A stretch of DNA of 64,000 nt from Methanothrix sp. (GCA_037128175.1 JBAXWY010000011.1:1-64000); one strand, 5' to 3'. Counted from the stretch's first letter, positions 50,963-61,740 are shown. The notes: a model not told the origin generated them from the letters alone. Program-made: numbers and translations.

Positions 50963-52336
50963 ATGCCCGTCAATCCCCAAAGGGTAAGAGCCTTGACGAA
51001 AGAGAGCCAAAAGAAAGGCCCTGTGATCTACTGGATGAGCCGCGACCAGCGTGTTAACGACAACTGGGCTCTGCTTTATGCCAAAGAACTGGCTCAAAAG
51101 CAGGACTCATATCTGGCGGTGGCCTTTTGCCTGGTTCCCGAGTTTTTGGGTGCGACCGGCAGGCAGTACCGTTTTCTGCTGCAAGGGCTAAAAGAGGTGG
51201 AAAAGGACCTGCAGGCCCTGAATATCCCCTTTTACCTTCTCCTGGGCGATCCCGGCAAAGAGATCCCGCATCTGCTTAGTGAGATGCGAGGAGCGGCCCT
51301 GGTCTCTGACTTTTCCCCTCTCTGCATAAGCCGTGAATGGAAGGCTGCACTCGCCGTCGAGACGGAAATTCCCTTTTACGAGGTAGATGCCCACAATATC
51401 ATTCCTTGCTGGTTTGCCTCCCCAAAACAGGAGTGGGCCGCCTACAGCTTCCGTCCCAAAGTGAACCGTCTTCTATTTGTTTTTCTCGATGAATTCCCTA
51501 CCTTGCAAAAGAGCTGGGAAATAAATTCGCCCACCTGGAAAGACGCTATCGAGAACGATTGGGCGGCAGCAGAAAGAAGCCTCAGAGCAGATGCAGATTC
51601 TGATGCAGGTGCTGCGCCAAAAGCAAAATGGCTCGTGCCGGGAGAGGGGGCAGCGGCGAAGTTGCTGGGCCATTTTCTGGAGCATAAGCTGACCGGTTAT
51701 GAACGGGATAGAAATGATCCTAATATTGATGGCCAGTCCGGCCTTTCTCCTTATCTGCACTTTGGCCAGATCTCAACTCAGCGTATCGCCCTTGAGGTTT
51801 TGAAGAGCATGAAAGATGCGGGCGCATTTTTAGAGGAGCTGATAGTGCGAAGGGAATTGTCTGACAACTACTGCTACTACAACCAGCATTATGATGATAT
51901 GCGGGGCTTTCCGGCCTGGGCAATAAAGAGCTTAGCTGAGCATGAAAAGGACCGAAGAGAATACCTCTATACTCTGCAAGAACTGGAGAAGGCCCGCACC
52001 CACGACGACCTTTGGAATGCGGCCCAAAATGAGATGCTCCAAACAGGAAAGATGCACGGCTACATGAGGATGTACTGGGCCAAAAAGATCCTGGAGTGGA
52101 CGGCGTCACCCGGGGCGGCGCTGCGGGCCGCCATCTACCTGAACGACCGGTATGAACTGGATGGCAGAGATGCAAACGGCTATGCGGGAATTGCCTGGAG
52201 CCTGGGCGGCGTTCACGATCGAGCCTGGAAGGAAAGGGCAATCTTTGGCAAGGTGCGCTACATGAACTACAAGGGCGCAAAGAGCAAATTCGATGTGCAG
52301 TCTTACATAAACAAATGGAGTCTCTCTCATGAATAA
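50963..52336 (+). CDS. phr: Class II CPD DNA photolyase
   Basis: YWMSRDQRVNDNWAL, EVDAHNIIP, SGLSPYLHFGQIS, GKMHGYMRMYWAKKILEW, DGRDANGY. Confidence 0.93.
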   Translation: MPVNPQRVRALTKESQKKGPVIYWMSRDQRVNDNWALLYAKELAQKQDSYLAVAFCLVPEFLGATGRQYRFLLQGLKEVEKDLQALNIPFYLLLGDPGKEIPHLLSEMRGAALVSDFSPLCISREWKAALAVETEIPFYEVDAHNIIPCWFASPKQEWAAYSFRPKVNRLLFVFLDEFPTLQKSWEINSPTWKDAIENDWAAAERSLRADADSDAGAAPKAKWLVPGEGAAAKLLGHFLEHKLTGYERDRNDPNIDGQSGLSPYLHFGQISTQRIALEVLKSMKDAGAFLEELIVRRELSDNYCYYNQHYDDMRGFPAWAIKSLAEHEKDRREYLYTLQELEKARTHDDLWNAAQNEMLQTGKMHGYMRMYWAKKILEWTASPGAALRAAIYLNDRYELDGRDANGYAGIAWSLGGVHDRAWKERAIFGKVRYMNYKGAKSKFDVQSYINKWSLSHE

Positions 52337-52943
52337 TAGCAATAATGTTCAGCCAGGCATTTGGTATTATGGCATGGCCGTGCTGGTAATAGTATTAGGA
52401 TTTGCCGCATTTGCCGGATCCATCTACTCCGGCATAACTGACGCAGAAAGTGGCCTCTTGCAGATTGCAGCACCCGGAGGTGCGGACCTGTTTCTCAGAG
52501 AGCCGGGCGAATATATCATTTTCTACGAGAACAATAGCTACATGAACGGCACGCTCTACAGCACGAGCGAGCAAATATCGGGCCTGAAGATCCTTGTAAA
52601 AGAAAAAGCCACCGGCATTGATTTGGCCACCTATCCGGCAAAGAGCAGCTTCACCTACAGTCTGGGCAGTCGGAGCGGGCGGTCCATCATGGCCTTTACC
52701 ACTCCGCGCGCCGGCATCTATCAGGTCAATGCGTCGTATTCGGAAAGAGCAGGGCCAAGAATCGTACTGGCTATAGGAAAAGGCATCGTTGAAGGCGTAT
52801 TCTCATCAATTATGATCTCTCTGGCGGCCCTATTCGGCTCTATCGTGATTGCGGCAGTAATTACCTTTGTTACTTATCGCAGAAGAAAAAAAGCATTTCT
52901 GAAGTTGGAAGAAGAAGAGCGATTAATAAGGGGAACTCCTTGA
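52329..52943 (+). CDS. Hypothetical membrane protein (two TMs flanking an extracellular domain)
   Basis: Hydrophobic N- and C-terminal segments, RRRKK stop-transfer. Confidence 0.65.
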   Translation: MNNSNNVQPGIWYYGMAVLVIVLGFAAFAGSIYSGITDAESGLLQIAAPGGADLFLREPGEYIIFYENNSYMNGTLYSTSEQISGLKILVKEKATGIDLATYPAKSSFTYSLGSRSGRSIMAFTTPRAGIYQVNASYSERAGPRIVLAIGKGIVEGVFSSIMISLAALFGSIVIAAVITFVTYRRRKKAFLKLEEEERLIRGTP

Positions 52944-53064
52944 ATGAGAATCTTATAACAATCGTTATCGGTAAGACCCATTCAAAGTATCGGATAAACT
53001 TAAGTAGCATTATGCCTGGATTAGGTAGCGGATCAACCTTACATTAAAGTGAGAATTATGGGGC

Positions 53065-54675
53065 ATGATAGATTTGGCACCTTTTATCGAGATACGGGAT
53101 CTGACAGTTCGATTCGGTGATGTTGTAGCTCTTCGCAATATAAATCTGGTTATAGAGGAGGGCGAATCGGTAGGAATCTTAGGCAGGAGCGGCTGCGGCA
53201 AGAGCGTCCTGATGCATGTCTTGCGCGGGGTGGAGTCATTTCCCGGCATGAGCGGAAGCGTGATCTTCCACGTGGCCAGATGTGAGAAATGCCGCCACGT
53301 AGAGCAGCCCAGCCATGCCGGAGAGAAATGCAAGTGCGGCGGAGTTCTGAGCCCAATAGAAGCCGATTTTGTGACACTGGATATAAACGATCCTCTTCGG
53401 CGCGACATTGTGAACAGAATCGCTATCATGCTGCAAAGAACCTTTGCCCTTTATGGTGATGAACGTGTGATAACAAACGTCATGCGGGCCGTGGAGGAGA
53501 AGGGAGACACCATGAGCATTCACCGCGCAGCGGACCTTTTAGATGAGGTAAACCTGTCCCACAGACTGATGCACGTGGCCAGAGAGCTGTCCGGTGGAGA
53601 AAAGCAGCGCGTCGTCCTGGCCCGCCAGCTCGCCAAGTCGCCCATGGTTCTCCTGGCCGACGAGCCGACAGGAACCCTCGATCCGGCTACGGCCAAAGTT
53701 GTGCATGAATCCATAAAACGTGCCGTCAAGGACTTCAATATGACCCTGGTCATCACCAGCCACTGGGAAGATGTCATGGTCGAGCTGACCGATAGAGCCA
53801 TATTGCTGGATAACGGAGAGATAAGAGCAGAAGGCAAGCCCAAAGATATCGCGGCTCAGTTCCTGGCCATGGCTGGAACGCTTGGTAAGCGTGAAGATGT
53901 TGAAATGGGAGCGCCTATAATCAAGGCTAACGGCCTGGCAAAGAGATATATCAGCATCGACCGGGGCGTGGTGAAGGCCGTTGACAATGTCAGCCTGGAA
54001 GTAAAAGAGGGTGAGATCTTTGGCCTGGTCGGCGTTTCCGGAGGCGGCAAGACCACTCTTTCCAAGATGGTAAGCGGCATTATCACACCTACCGACGGCA
54101 GCATATTCGTACGGGTAGGAGACGACTGGGTGGACATGACCGTGCTAGGATCTAATGGTCGCGGGCGGGCCACCAAATACATCGGCATTCTCCACCAGGA
54201 GTATACCCTTTACCCCTCTCGAAGCGTCATCGAGAACCTTACCGAGGCTATTGGCCTCTCCCTGCCCTTCGAGCTGGCGGAGAGAAAGGCCATTCACACC
54301 CTGGAAACGGTAGGATTCACGGAGGATCAGGCTGAGGCGGTCCTGGCCAAGATGCCGGACGAGCTTTCAGAGGGAGAGAGACATCGCGTGGCCATGGCAC
54401 AGGTATTGATAAAAGAGCCGAGAATAGTAATCCTGGATGAGCCCACGGGAACTATGGATGCTATTACCAAGATTGAGGTTACGAGGTCCATCCTCAATGC
54501 CCGTCAGGAGCTGGGAGAGACATTCGTCATCGTCAGCCACGACATGGACTTCGTGAAAAATATCTGCGACCGAGCCATGCTTATGCGTGACGGGAAGGCG
54601 ATTTTCATGGGTCTTCCCAGCGAAGTCTTAGCCAAGATCACAGAAGAGGAAGAGAAGGAGCTGCTGGGGAGTTAA
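53065..54675 (+). CDS. atwA: Methyl-coenzyme M reductase system component A2
   Basis: GRSGCGKS, CEKC..CKC zinc motif, IAIMLQRTFALYG, second ABC domain; heads the mmp cluster. Confidence 0.93.
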   Translation: MIDLAPFIEIRDLTVRFGDVVALRNINLVIEEGESVGILGRSGCGKSVLMHVLRGVESFPGMSGSVIFHVARCEKCRHVEQPSHAGEKCKCGGVLSPIEADFVTLDINDPLRRDIVNRIAIMLQRTFALYGDERVITNVMRAVEEKGDTMSIHRAADLLDEVNLSHRLMHVARELSGGEKQRVVLARQLAKSPMVLLADEPTGTLDPATAKVVHESIKRAVKDFNMTLVITSHWEDVMVELTDRAILLDNGEIRAEGKPKDIAAQFLAMAGTLGKREDVEMGAPIIKANGLAKRYISIDRGVVKAVDNVSLEVKEGEIFGLVGVSGGGKTTLSKMVSGIITPTDGSIFVRVGDDWVDMTVLGSNGRGRATKYIGILHQEYTLYPSRSVIENLTEAIGLSLPFELAERKAIHTLETVGFTEDQAEAVLAKMPDELSEGERHRVAMAQVLIKEPRIVILDEPTGTMDAITKIEVTRSILNARQELGETFVIVSHDMDFVKNICDRAMLMRDGKAIFMGLPSEVLAKITEEEEKELLGS

Positions 54676-54676
54676 T

Positions 54677-56200
54677 TTGAGAGTATTCGTCGATGGCAGA
54701 GAGATCGAGCTATTGCCCGGAGCAGTGCTTTTGGATGCCCTGGGCAAAGCCGGCGCAAATCCTGCGAATGGCGCAATAGTAGGAGTAGTGAAAGGTCGAG
54801 GCGAGAAGAGCCGCCTGACCAATTCCTATTGGCTTAACACCAGCAAGGGCAAACTGAGAATAGAGCTAATTGATGGCGATCTGCAGAGGATCTGGCACGA
54901 GAACCTAGACAAAATATCGGGATCAACAGTTAGATGGGTCTCGCCGGACGGCATAGCCTTCGGGCCATTTGCTTCCACCCTCTCTTTTGAACGCGATGCC
55001 CAGGAATACAGCCGCTGGGAGGTTGTGCTTGGTGCAGCCGGATTTGACAGAAAGAATACTCAGATCATATTCATAAAGAGGAGGCATACGGCAGCCTATG
55101 GCACACCCAAGAATGGTGGGGTTCTCGGCCACGTGGTGGGCGGCAAGAATACTCTGGACCGGCTGCAATCAGGCGACGAAATACAGAGCATCGAGCCCAT
55201 TGTGGAATGGCAGGACATAACATCGAAACAGGCCACAATTGATCTGACTTTACCTTTAGATGAGGGAATGGAGATATTCACTAAAGTTGAGGCAGAGCTG
55301 ATCGAAGATGCACCAATAGGCGCGGAATTTTTCCTGGCCCTGACTCGGGACGGCTGCTTCAAGGTTGATTCCGTCTCCAGCTCATATATTTCATCCGATC
55401 AGTTGCTCACCGTGCCCATAGTCTTCGAGCATCGTGAGCCTCGTCTGGAAGGAATTGTGACGGTAAGGACGGGCGGGCGAGGTTTAGGCAGGATCTTCGT
55501 CTACAAGCAGGACCGAACCTCGAATCCAGGCCACTCGGCGGTGGCAAGGATCACCTCCGGAATGGATATGATAAAGCTGGCAGGTCCCGGCCAGTTGATA
55601 ACAATCAGTGTGTTGCCGGAGCGTGTCATGCTCATGGGCAGCAGCCTCAAAGACGCTCTTGTTCAGATGCAAGAACGAGGCGTCGAGACAGAAGTGGAAG
55701 GATACGAAGGGTTAGATGCCGTCGTGGTGAAGCAGGAGCCGGGAGAGACGATGGCGATTTTAAAGCACAAAAAGGTGCGCATTTTTTCGATCCCGCTCGC
55801 CCGTCTGGTCTCTGTCCAGCTTTACGATGATCTGGCACCAAAGACTCTGGACTACTTCCGGCACGTGACCGGCCTTAAGGAGAGGCCTGTGGGCCCCTTG
55901 CCGGTCTATTTTGTCTATGAGAATACTCTGCTCTTCAAACCGGAGATTGATGCCGTCAACTTAAAGGAACTGCTGCCTGAAAACAAGCCGACTGGGCCCG
56001 TACCGGCTGGATCAATTGCTGTTTCCAACCAGGTTTCCAAGAAGATCGGCCTGGTGGGAATGAAGCTCGTGGATGATAAGCGCTACGGCCCGTCCGGCGA
56101 GAAATTCGAGGCGACGAACATCATCGGCCGGGTACTGGAGCCGGAGAAGCTGAAAGATGTGTCGGAAGGGGAGACGATTTACATTAAGGAGGTGCGATGA
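54677..56200 (+). CDS. mmp3: Methanogenesis marker protein 3
   Basis: TSKGKLRIEL, TVRTGGRGLGRIFVYK, APKTLDYFR, YGPSGEKFEATNIIG. Confidence 0.88.
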   Translation: MRVFVDGREIELLPGAVLLDALGKAGANPANGAIVGVVKGRGEKSRLTNSYWLNTSKGKLRIELIDGDLQRIWHENLDKISGSTVRWVSPDGIAFGPFASTLSFERDAQEYSRWEVVLGAAGFDRKNTQIIFIKRRHTAAYGTPKNGGVLGHVVGGKNTLDRLQSGDEIQSIEPIVEWQDITSKQATIDLTLPLDEGMEIFTKVEAELIEDAPIGAEFFLALTRDGCFKVDSVSSSYISSDQLLTVPIVFEHREPRLEGIVTVRTGGRGLGRIFVYKQDRTSNPGHSAVARITSGMDMIKLAGPGQLITISVLPERVMLMGSSLKDALVQMQERGVETEVEGYEGLDAVVVKQEPGETMAILKHKKVRIFSIPLARLVSVQLYDDLAPKTLDYFRHVTGLKERPVGPLPVYFVYENTLLFKPEIDAVNLKELLPENKPTGPVPAGSIAVSNQVSKKIGLVGMKLVDDKRYGPSGEKFEATNIIGRVLEPEKLKDVSEGETIYIKEVR

Positions 56201-56616
56201 TGTTGGTCACCAAATATGTGATAACATCCTCTGAGTCGAATATTCTTCCCTCAGATATCGCCATGAAGATTTACGGTTCGAAATATGATGTCACAGTCAA
56301 GGAGACCTGCTTTGGAGTCGTCATAAATGGCGAAGAAGAAGTGATAAATGCACTCGTAAAAGAGATTCGGGCTCTTGACCCTGCCGGCATATTCATCAAG
56401 GACCGGGGTTTTCCACCAGGTGATCCCCGGCGCTGCCGAGGTCGCAGAGGCGGAGGAGCAAGGCCCGGCTTTTATATGATCGAGTCCGAGTCCAAGATGT
56501 TGCCCATGATCTCCAGGGCACTGGCCTTTGAGGGCATAGTTCCGGTCATTCCTGAAAAGAAGAAACCTCTTCCTATCAAGAGGCTGGAAGAGATAGTAAG
56601 AAATGGTTTATCCTGA
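56197..56616 (+). CDS. mmp6: Methanogenesis marker protein 6
   Basis: VKETCFG, IFIKDRGFPPGDPRRCR..GGARPGF. Confidence 0.9.
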   Translation: MMLVTKYVITSSESNILPSDIAMKIYGSKYDVTVKETCFGVVINGEEEVINALVKEIRALDPAGIFIKDRGFPPGDPRRCRGRRGGGARPGFYMIESESKMLPMISRALAFEGIVPVIPEKKKPLPIKRLEEIVRNGLS

Positions 56617-56625
56617 GGTAAATCA

Positions 56626-57063
56626 ATGGCAAAAGTTATAGTTTATCCTCCCACCAGCATGATACTCTACGACCTTGTGGAGCGGATGGGCCACAAGGCG
56701 CTTGTGGTTTCGGAAGCGGTGCGTAACCTCGTTACAGCAAGTGGGATCGAATCGCCGCCTTTGAATCTCACTCCCGAGGAGCCGAAGAAGGGGCTACGTT
56801 ATGCGGCTGTGGATGTCCCTTCCGGCGTGCGGGGCCGGATGGCTCTGATTGGACCTATCATTGAGGAGGCTGAGGCTGCGATCATTGTAGAAGATCCGGG
56901 GTGGCTCACGGGCTGTTCGGGCTGCTCTCGAACCAATGAACTGGTGAGGTTGCTCATCAGGACCAAAGGAATTCCCGTGCTCGATTTATCCTATCCAACG
57001 AACGATGATGAGGCCAAGCACTTTGTGCAGAAGATCAAGACCTTTTTGGAGGGTTTAAAGTGA
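56626..57063 (+). CDS. mmp5: Methanogenesis marker protein 5
   Basis: [45 protein letters not shown]. Confidence 0.9.
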   Translation: MAKVIVYPPTSMILYDLVERMGHKALVVSEAVRNLVTASGIESPPLNLTPEEPKKGLRYAAVDVPSGVRGRMALIGPIIEEAEAAIIVEDPGWLTGCSGCSRTNELVRLLIRTKGIPVLDLSYPTNDDEAKHFVQKIKTFLEGLK

Positions 57064-58286
57064 TTCGCATTGCCCAGCTCTCCTGCGGTTCGGAGTACAG
57101 CGGCATTCAAAAAGAGATCGATCGCGCCGCGGAAACGGTAGGTGCAAAGATCATCTATCCGGAGGTGTCTTTAGAGGATATCCTCAACGTGGAGAACACT
57201 TTTGGCGTTTCCGTCTCCTCCGGGGACCTCAACTTAGCCATGGCTCGTGCGGTTCGAATCGTGCAAAATCCCGATCTCGCTGATGCCGTAATTGTCATGA
57301 CCTGCTTTCGCTGCGCCGAGGCTGCCATCATCCGGTCGGAGATTAGAAAATTCATTCATGAGCACTCCAAGATTCCCGTCTTGAGCTACTCCTTCACGGA
57401 GAGAACGACGGCAGAGACGCTCCTTACTCGGATGGAAGCACTGGTTACCACCGTCAAGTACCGTGGCCTCCTGGCTCGTGAGAAGCAGACGGGCCTAACA
57501 GCAGGAATAGACTCCGGGTCCACTACCACTAAGTCGGTAGTGATGAGAGACAATGAGGTGATAGGCACCGGCTGGGTTCCCACTAACGAGGTCTTGAAGA
57601 GTGCCGAGGATGCTCTGCAAGCTGCCCTGAAAATGGCAAACGTGGCTAAAGAAGATATCGCCGCCATTGGCGTGACCGGCTACGGACGCTTTTTGGTGGG
57701 CAAGCACATCAACGCCAGGCTGATCCAGGAGGAGATAACCGTCAACTCCAAGGGAGCAGTCTTTTTGGCTGACGCCCAGAAGGGCACCGCCACAGTTATT
57801 GATATCGGCGGCATGGACAACAAGGCCATATCCGTGCAGGACGGCATTCCCGGTGGCTTTACCATGGGCGGAATATGTGCGGGAGCCTCGGGCAGGTTCC
57901 TGGAGCTGACCGCGAAGCGGCTTGGTGTCGATATCACACAGCTCGGTAAGCTGGCTCTCAAAGGAGACTATAAAAATGTGGCCATGAACAGCTACTGCAT
58001 AGTCTTCGGCACGCAAAGCCTGGTCAACAGCCTTGCCCTGGGCTGCAAACCGGAAGACGTGGCCATGGCTGCCTGCCATTCTGTGGCCGAGCAGGTCTAC
58101 GAGCAGCAGTTGCAAGAGGTTGAGGTTAAGGAGCCGGTGATCATGGTAGGTGGAACCTCTCTCATTGAAGGACTGCCCAAAGCCATGGAAGAGCTTCTCC
58201 ATGTTATGGTGACGGTTCCCAAGTATGCTCAGTACATCGGGGCAGTAGGTGCTGCGTTGCTCGTTTCGGGGCTGCTGGAGGACTGA
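57060..58286 (+). CDS. mmp15: Methanogenesis marker protein 15
   Basis: [48 protein letters not shown]. Confidence 0.92.
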   Translation: MIRIAQLSCGSEYSGIQKEIDRAAETVGAKIIYPEVSLEDILNVENTFGVSVSSGDLNLAMARAVRIVQNPDLADAVIVMTCFRCAEAAIIRSEIRKFIHEHSKIPVLSYSFTERTTAETLLTRMEALVTTVKYRGLLAREKQTGLTAGIDSGSTTTKSVVMRDNEVIGTGWVPTNEVLKSAEDALQAALKMANVAKEDIAAIGVTGYGRFLVGKHINARLIQEEITVNSKGAVFLADAQKGTATVIDIGGMDNKAISVQDGIPGGFTMGGICAGASGRFLELTAKRLGVDITQLGKLALKGDYKNVAMNSYCIVFGTQSLVNSLALGCKPEDVAMAACHSVAEQVYEQQLQEVEVKEPVIMVGGTSLIEGLPKAMEELLHVMVTVPKYAQYIGAVGAALLVSGLLED

Positions 58287-58287
58287 G

Positions 58288-58860
58288 ATGGACCCCATGG
58301 AGGTCTTCAAGATTGAGGTCACTGGCCAGGAGGAGTTCGGGGCTAAGAAGTACCGGGAGCTCATCATGGACATTTTGCAGGGCCTCGGCCTCATCCGGTC
58401 CATCGGCAGGCTTTATGTTTACGTGGACATACTTAAGCCGTACTTCGCGGTATACGGGCTTCTTCGCTCCGGAATTCCGCCGCTCACCGTCAAGGATGTG
58501 GGCGATGTTATGAAGGTGCAGGGCGGTTATCAGATCAAGATCAATGATGAGGAGCATATGGCTGATCTACTCCGGGTACTGGGGGAGCGCTACGGAAGGG
58601 AGAGGATAGAGCAACCGGCAAGGGACATTGTGATCATAGCCTCGGATACGTCACCTTCCGAGCTAATGGTCGCGGACCTGGAGGCAGAGTTCCTGCAAGA
58701 TCTGACCGATGCCCTGGTGAGAGTGGCACCGGAAGGCTTTCGCAACCGTCGTAACGTTATGACCAAAGACAGCTTCTTTTTCATCGCCGCCGAGGAGAGC
58801 TTGACGCCGGAAATGGTATCTGAGATCAAAGAAAAGATCCGGGAGATGGAGAATGCTTGA
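58288..58860 (+). CDS. mmp17: Methanogenesis marker protein 17
   Basis: GAKKYRELI, YGRERIEQPAR, RVAPEGFR; position between mmp15 and mmp7. Confidence 0.85.
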   Translation: MDPMEVFKIEVTGQEEFGAKKYRELIMDILQGLGLIRSIGRLYVYVDILKPYFAVYGLLRSGIPPLTVKDVGDVMKVQGGYQIKINDEEHMADLLRVLGERYGRERIEQPARDIVIIASDTSPSELMVADLEAEFLQDLTDALVRVAPEGFRNRRNVMTKDSFFFIAAEESLTPEMVSEIKEKIREMENA

Positions 58861-59776
58861 ACCTGTGATGTTCACGGGAGGGTTGTACAAGCACGACCTG
58901 GTCGTGGAGCTGGTAGAGGACCTGGGAGGCTACGTCCTGCAAAAGAATGTAACGCAGACCGAGATCATTCTTTTGATATTGGTTCCAACGGAAGATATGG
59001 CTATCTTGCAGGCACTTGCCAAGGAGCTACGCGGAGAACTGGTGCGTGCGCCGCTGGCCGGAACCGAGGTGGCGGTGGTAACGCCGACATTGGCCATTCA
59101 CCATCTGCCTCATTCCGCTTGCGACATAGCCGAGTACCTGCGCCGCCATGGCTCCAAGACCAACATGCTGGGACTGGCCAGAGGCGTTGGTCGCGAGATC
59201 GCCCAGATCAATGAATATGAAACCGCTCTGATAAACGAGCATGATGCTGCCGTATTCATCTTCGGCAACTTCCAGGAGTGCATCAAGAAAAAAGAGAGCT
59301 TATACCGGAACATCAGCGTGCCGGTGGTGGTCACGGGCGGGCCACAGATCGAGGCCAAAGACCTTCCCTATGCCTTTGAGTATGTTTCGTCCATAGGAAG
59401 AGTGGCCCACCGGGCCCGCAAGGCTACGGAGATTGGAACTTTAGACCGGATCGTTGAATCCGTAGGCAGAGCCCTGGACAAGACGCGCTCCTCCATTGCC
59501 AAGGATCCGCTCACCACCTCGCCGCCTCGAGTCATGGACAGCATACGCGAGCAGGTGCCGGATGTGGAGTTCTCCTATTCGCCGCTTCCCATAGCCCTCA
59601 ATCTGACCGGTGTGCGAGTGAAGCTGCCCTATGATGCGTACAAGGATGCCGTAAAAGATGTAACCTTCGATGAGGGAGTGTCGCTAGGCGAGATTGCCAC
59701 CATCAAGCCGTCCCGTATGAAAGACTATATACTTGTGAGGATACTGTCCGCATCTGAAACCGGGTTTGTCTTCTAA
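58853..59776 (+). CDS. mmp7: Methanogenesis marker protein 7
   Basis: FTGGLYKHDLVVELVEDLGG, HHLPHSACDIAEYLRR, GLARGVG. Confidence 0.9.
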   Translation: MLEPVMFTGGLYKHDLVVELVEDLGGYVLQKNVTQTEIILLILVPTEDMAILQALAKELRGELVRAPLAGTEVAVVTPTLAIHHLPHSACDIAEYLRRHGSKTNMLGLARGVGREIAQINEYETALINEHDAAVFIFGNFQECIKKKESLYRNISVPVVVTGGPQIEAKDLPYAFEYVSSIGRVAHRARKATEIGTLDRIVESVGRALDKTRSSIAKDPLTTSPPRVMDSIREQVPDVEFSYSPLPIALNLTGVRVKLPYDAYKDAVKDVTFDEGVSLGEIATIKPSRMKDYILVRILSASETGFVF

Positions 59777-59796
59777 GGCCCGGGAAAGGAGAGGTC

Positions 59797-60246
59797 ATGA
59801 GCTTCGAGGATGATCTGGACGCCATTTTGGTCAAGGGGAAGGAGAAAGCAGCAGCGGATATCTTAAAAGCAGTGGAGATCACTTACGGCGAGATCCCCTA
59901 TGTTTTTCAGTTCATGCAGGACAATCCCGAGATTCTCATCACCAAGGTGATGCACAACAATGCCATCCAAAGAAGCTCTACTCTGGATGCCAAGACCACC
60001 GAACTGATCTCGGTTGCCGTGTCGGCGGCCATGAGATGCAGCCACTGCCTGAAACTGCATATTCGCATCGCCTCCAATCTGGGCATTCCGGATGACCAGA
60101 TTGCCGCCGCCGTATTTCTGGCAGGAAACCTGGCCTCATCCAGTGTGCTGGCCACGGCCACCCGCCATCTGGATAACGAACGGGATGTCTGCCGGGTCTG
60201 CGAGATCGGAAGCAGTGCCTGTGAGATACATGGAGATAATAAGTAA
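59797..60246 (+). CDS. Carboxymuconolactone decarboxylase/AhpD-family protein
   Basis: LDAKTTELISVAVSAAMRCSHCLKLHI; Cys-rich tail CRVC..C. Confidence 0.8.
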   Translation: MSFEDDLDAILVKGKEKAAADILKAVEITYGEIPYVFQFMQDNPEILITKVMHNNAIQRSSTLDAKTTELISVAVSAAMRCSHCLKLHIRIASNLGIPDDQIAAAVFLAGNLASSSVLATATRHLDNERDVCRVCEIGSSACEIHGDNK

Positions 60247-60310
60247 ATGGATCTTCACTTAAATATTTTTTTATGGGCATCAGGTATAATAAAATAATAT
60301 TTCTTCTAAT

Positions 60311-60625
60311 ATGACGATTACTATTAATATTCAGGATGCTAATTCCAATTCTGCAGAAGCTGCAAATTGGTGGGAGAGCGCCGAAGATCACCGCTTCGCC
60401 CTGGAAGTCCTGCAGCTCCCGTTGCGGCGAAAGATGCTCAGCTTCATTGCCGGCGAAGTGAGGAGCAATGAGCAGATGGCAAAGGAGTTGGATCTTGGCG
60501 TGGCTCTGGCCGAGTATCACTTGCAGATGTTGGAAAAGGCTTTGGTGATCGAGCGGACAGAAGGCGGCTGGAGAGCTACGACCACTGGCCTGCTCTATAT
60601 GAAGAATGGGGAGGCTAGAAGCTGA
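60311..60625 (+). CDS. ArsR-like winged-helix protein
   Basis: LRRKMLSFI..EQMAKELDL..AEYHLQMLEKALVI. Confidence 0.7.
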   Translation: MTITINIQDANSNSAEAANWWESAEDHRFALEVLQLPLRRKMLSFIAGEVRSNEQMAKELDLGVALAEYHLQMLEKALVIERTEGGWRATTTGLLYMKNGEARS

Positions 60626-61104
60626 TTCTTCGCATCATCGCCGTAGGGCGACTTCGGGAGAAGTACTGGCAGGATGCGGCTGCAGATTTCGCTCGCCGCC
60701 TTCGTACCTATACCCGTCTGGAGATGGTAGAGGTGCCTGAGGCGCATATTAAAGAGACGGCCTCCCTGGCCGAGGGGAAGTTAGCCATGCAAGAAGAGGC
60801 ACTGGCCATTCTCGAAAAGCTGAAGCGGCATTGCGGCCCGGTGATCGCGCTGGACAGAATGGGAAAAGCCCTCGACTCGCCCGGGCTAGCCGCAGGGCTG
60901 CACAAGAATATTCTGGAAGGCAAGAGTGAGATAGCTTTTGTGATAGGCGGGCCCCTCGGCCTCGCGCCGGAGGTTACAGAGAGGGCGGACATTATTCTCT
61001 CCTTTTCCAGGATGACCTTCCCACATCAGATGATGAGAATAATTCTTCTGGAGCAGATCTATCGAAGCTTTCGCATAATGCATCGCGAGCCGTATCACAA
61101 ATAA
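60622..61104 (+). CDS. rlmH: 23S rRNA pseudouridine-N3 methyltransferase (SPOUT); CTG start overlapping the upstream stop
   Basis: (M)ILRIIAVGRLREKYW, IALDRMGK, FVIGGPLG, MTFPHQMMRIILLEQIYR..EPYHK. Confidence 0.9.
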   Translation: MILRIIAVGRLREKYWQDAAADFARRLRTYTRLEMVEVPEAHIKETASLAEGKLAMQEEALAILEKLKRHCGPVIALDRMGKALDSPGLAAGLHKNILEGKSEIAFVIGGPLGLAPEVTERADIILSFSRMTFPHQMMRIILLEQIYRSFRIMHREPYHK

Positions 61105-61110
61105 TAATGC

Positions 61111-61704
61111 TCAGGATTTGGAGCGGCTGGCGGTTGCGTTGCCGTTTTCCTCCAGGTTCTCCATCGCATAAAGCTCGTAGCTGCCTAAAAGCTCGCTCTT
61201 GACGAGAGCCATATCCAGCCTGTAATCCTTCTTCTGCTGGACCAATTTTACATCCAGGCTTATGCCTTCATCAGATATGGAGCCTGTGGCGGTGGCTGGA
61301 CTATCCAAGCCCCCTTCAAGAAGGTTGCCGTAACCCTGCAACCGGTCGCCGGTCTGGATCAATATCAAATCAATGGCTTTTCCTGCATTCAGCTCTGTAG
61401 AACTCTTTTCCAGCAAGACTCTCCACTTTCCTGCCAGGTCAATGGTGGGGGTCTTTATCTCAACTACAACGTTGTCGTTTGCCGTTTTTTCGCTAGTCTC
61501 TACACTCTCGTTCTTAGCAATTGGAGTGCCATCAGAATTTAAGGTGGCACTACCCCCGGTAGAGGACGCCACTGCATCGTCGAACATCGGATCTATCAGA
61601 AAATCGGTATTATCTCGAATTACCCATTTTCCGCAGCCTGCATAGGCCGGACTGGTGAGCATAGCTAAGATCAATACCATGCATACAATTAACTGGCTCT
61701 TCAA
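61111..61704 (-). CDS. Secreted hypothetical protein (beta-rich C-terminal domain)
   Basis: Signal peptide, AGCGKW, GKWRV..LIQTG..GNATASR shared with the next ORF. Confidence 0.65.
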   Translation of the reverse strand: MKSQLIVCMVLILAMLTSPAYAGCGKWVIRDNTDFLIDPMFDDAVASSTGGSATLNSDGTPIAKNESVETSEKTANDNVVVEIKTPTIDLAGKWRVLLEKSSTELNAGKAIDLILIQTGDRLQGYGNLLEGGLDSPATATGSISDEGISLDVKLVQQKKDYRLDMALVKSELLGSYELYAMENLEENGNATASRSKS

Positions 61705-61740
61705 TTATGATCCTCCTTTGGTGAGATTGACGGCATTTGT

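Noticed and set aside
50963-52336. Photolyase in an anaerobe as a novelty
   Set aside because: Class II photolyases are already known from Methanosarcinales
57495-58403. Long antisense ORFs (this 302-aa one, and e.g. 20195..20863, 6275..6925, 51720..52280)
   Set aside because: Shadow frames opposite well-supported genes in GC-rich coding sequence, with no motifs
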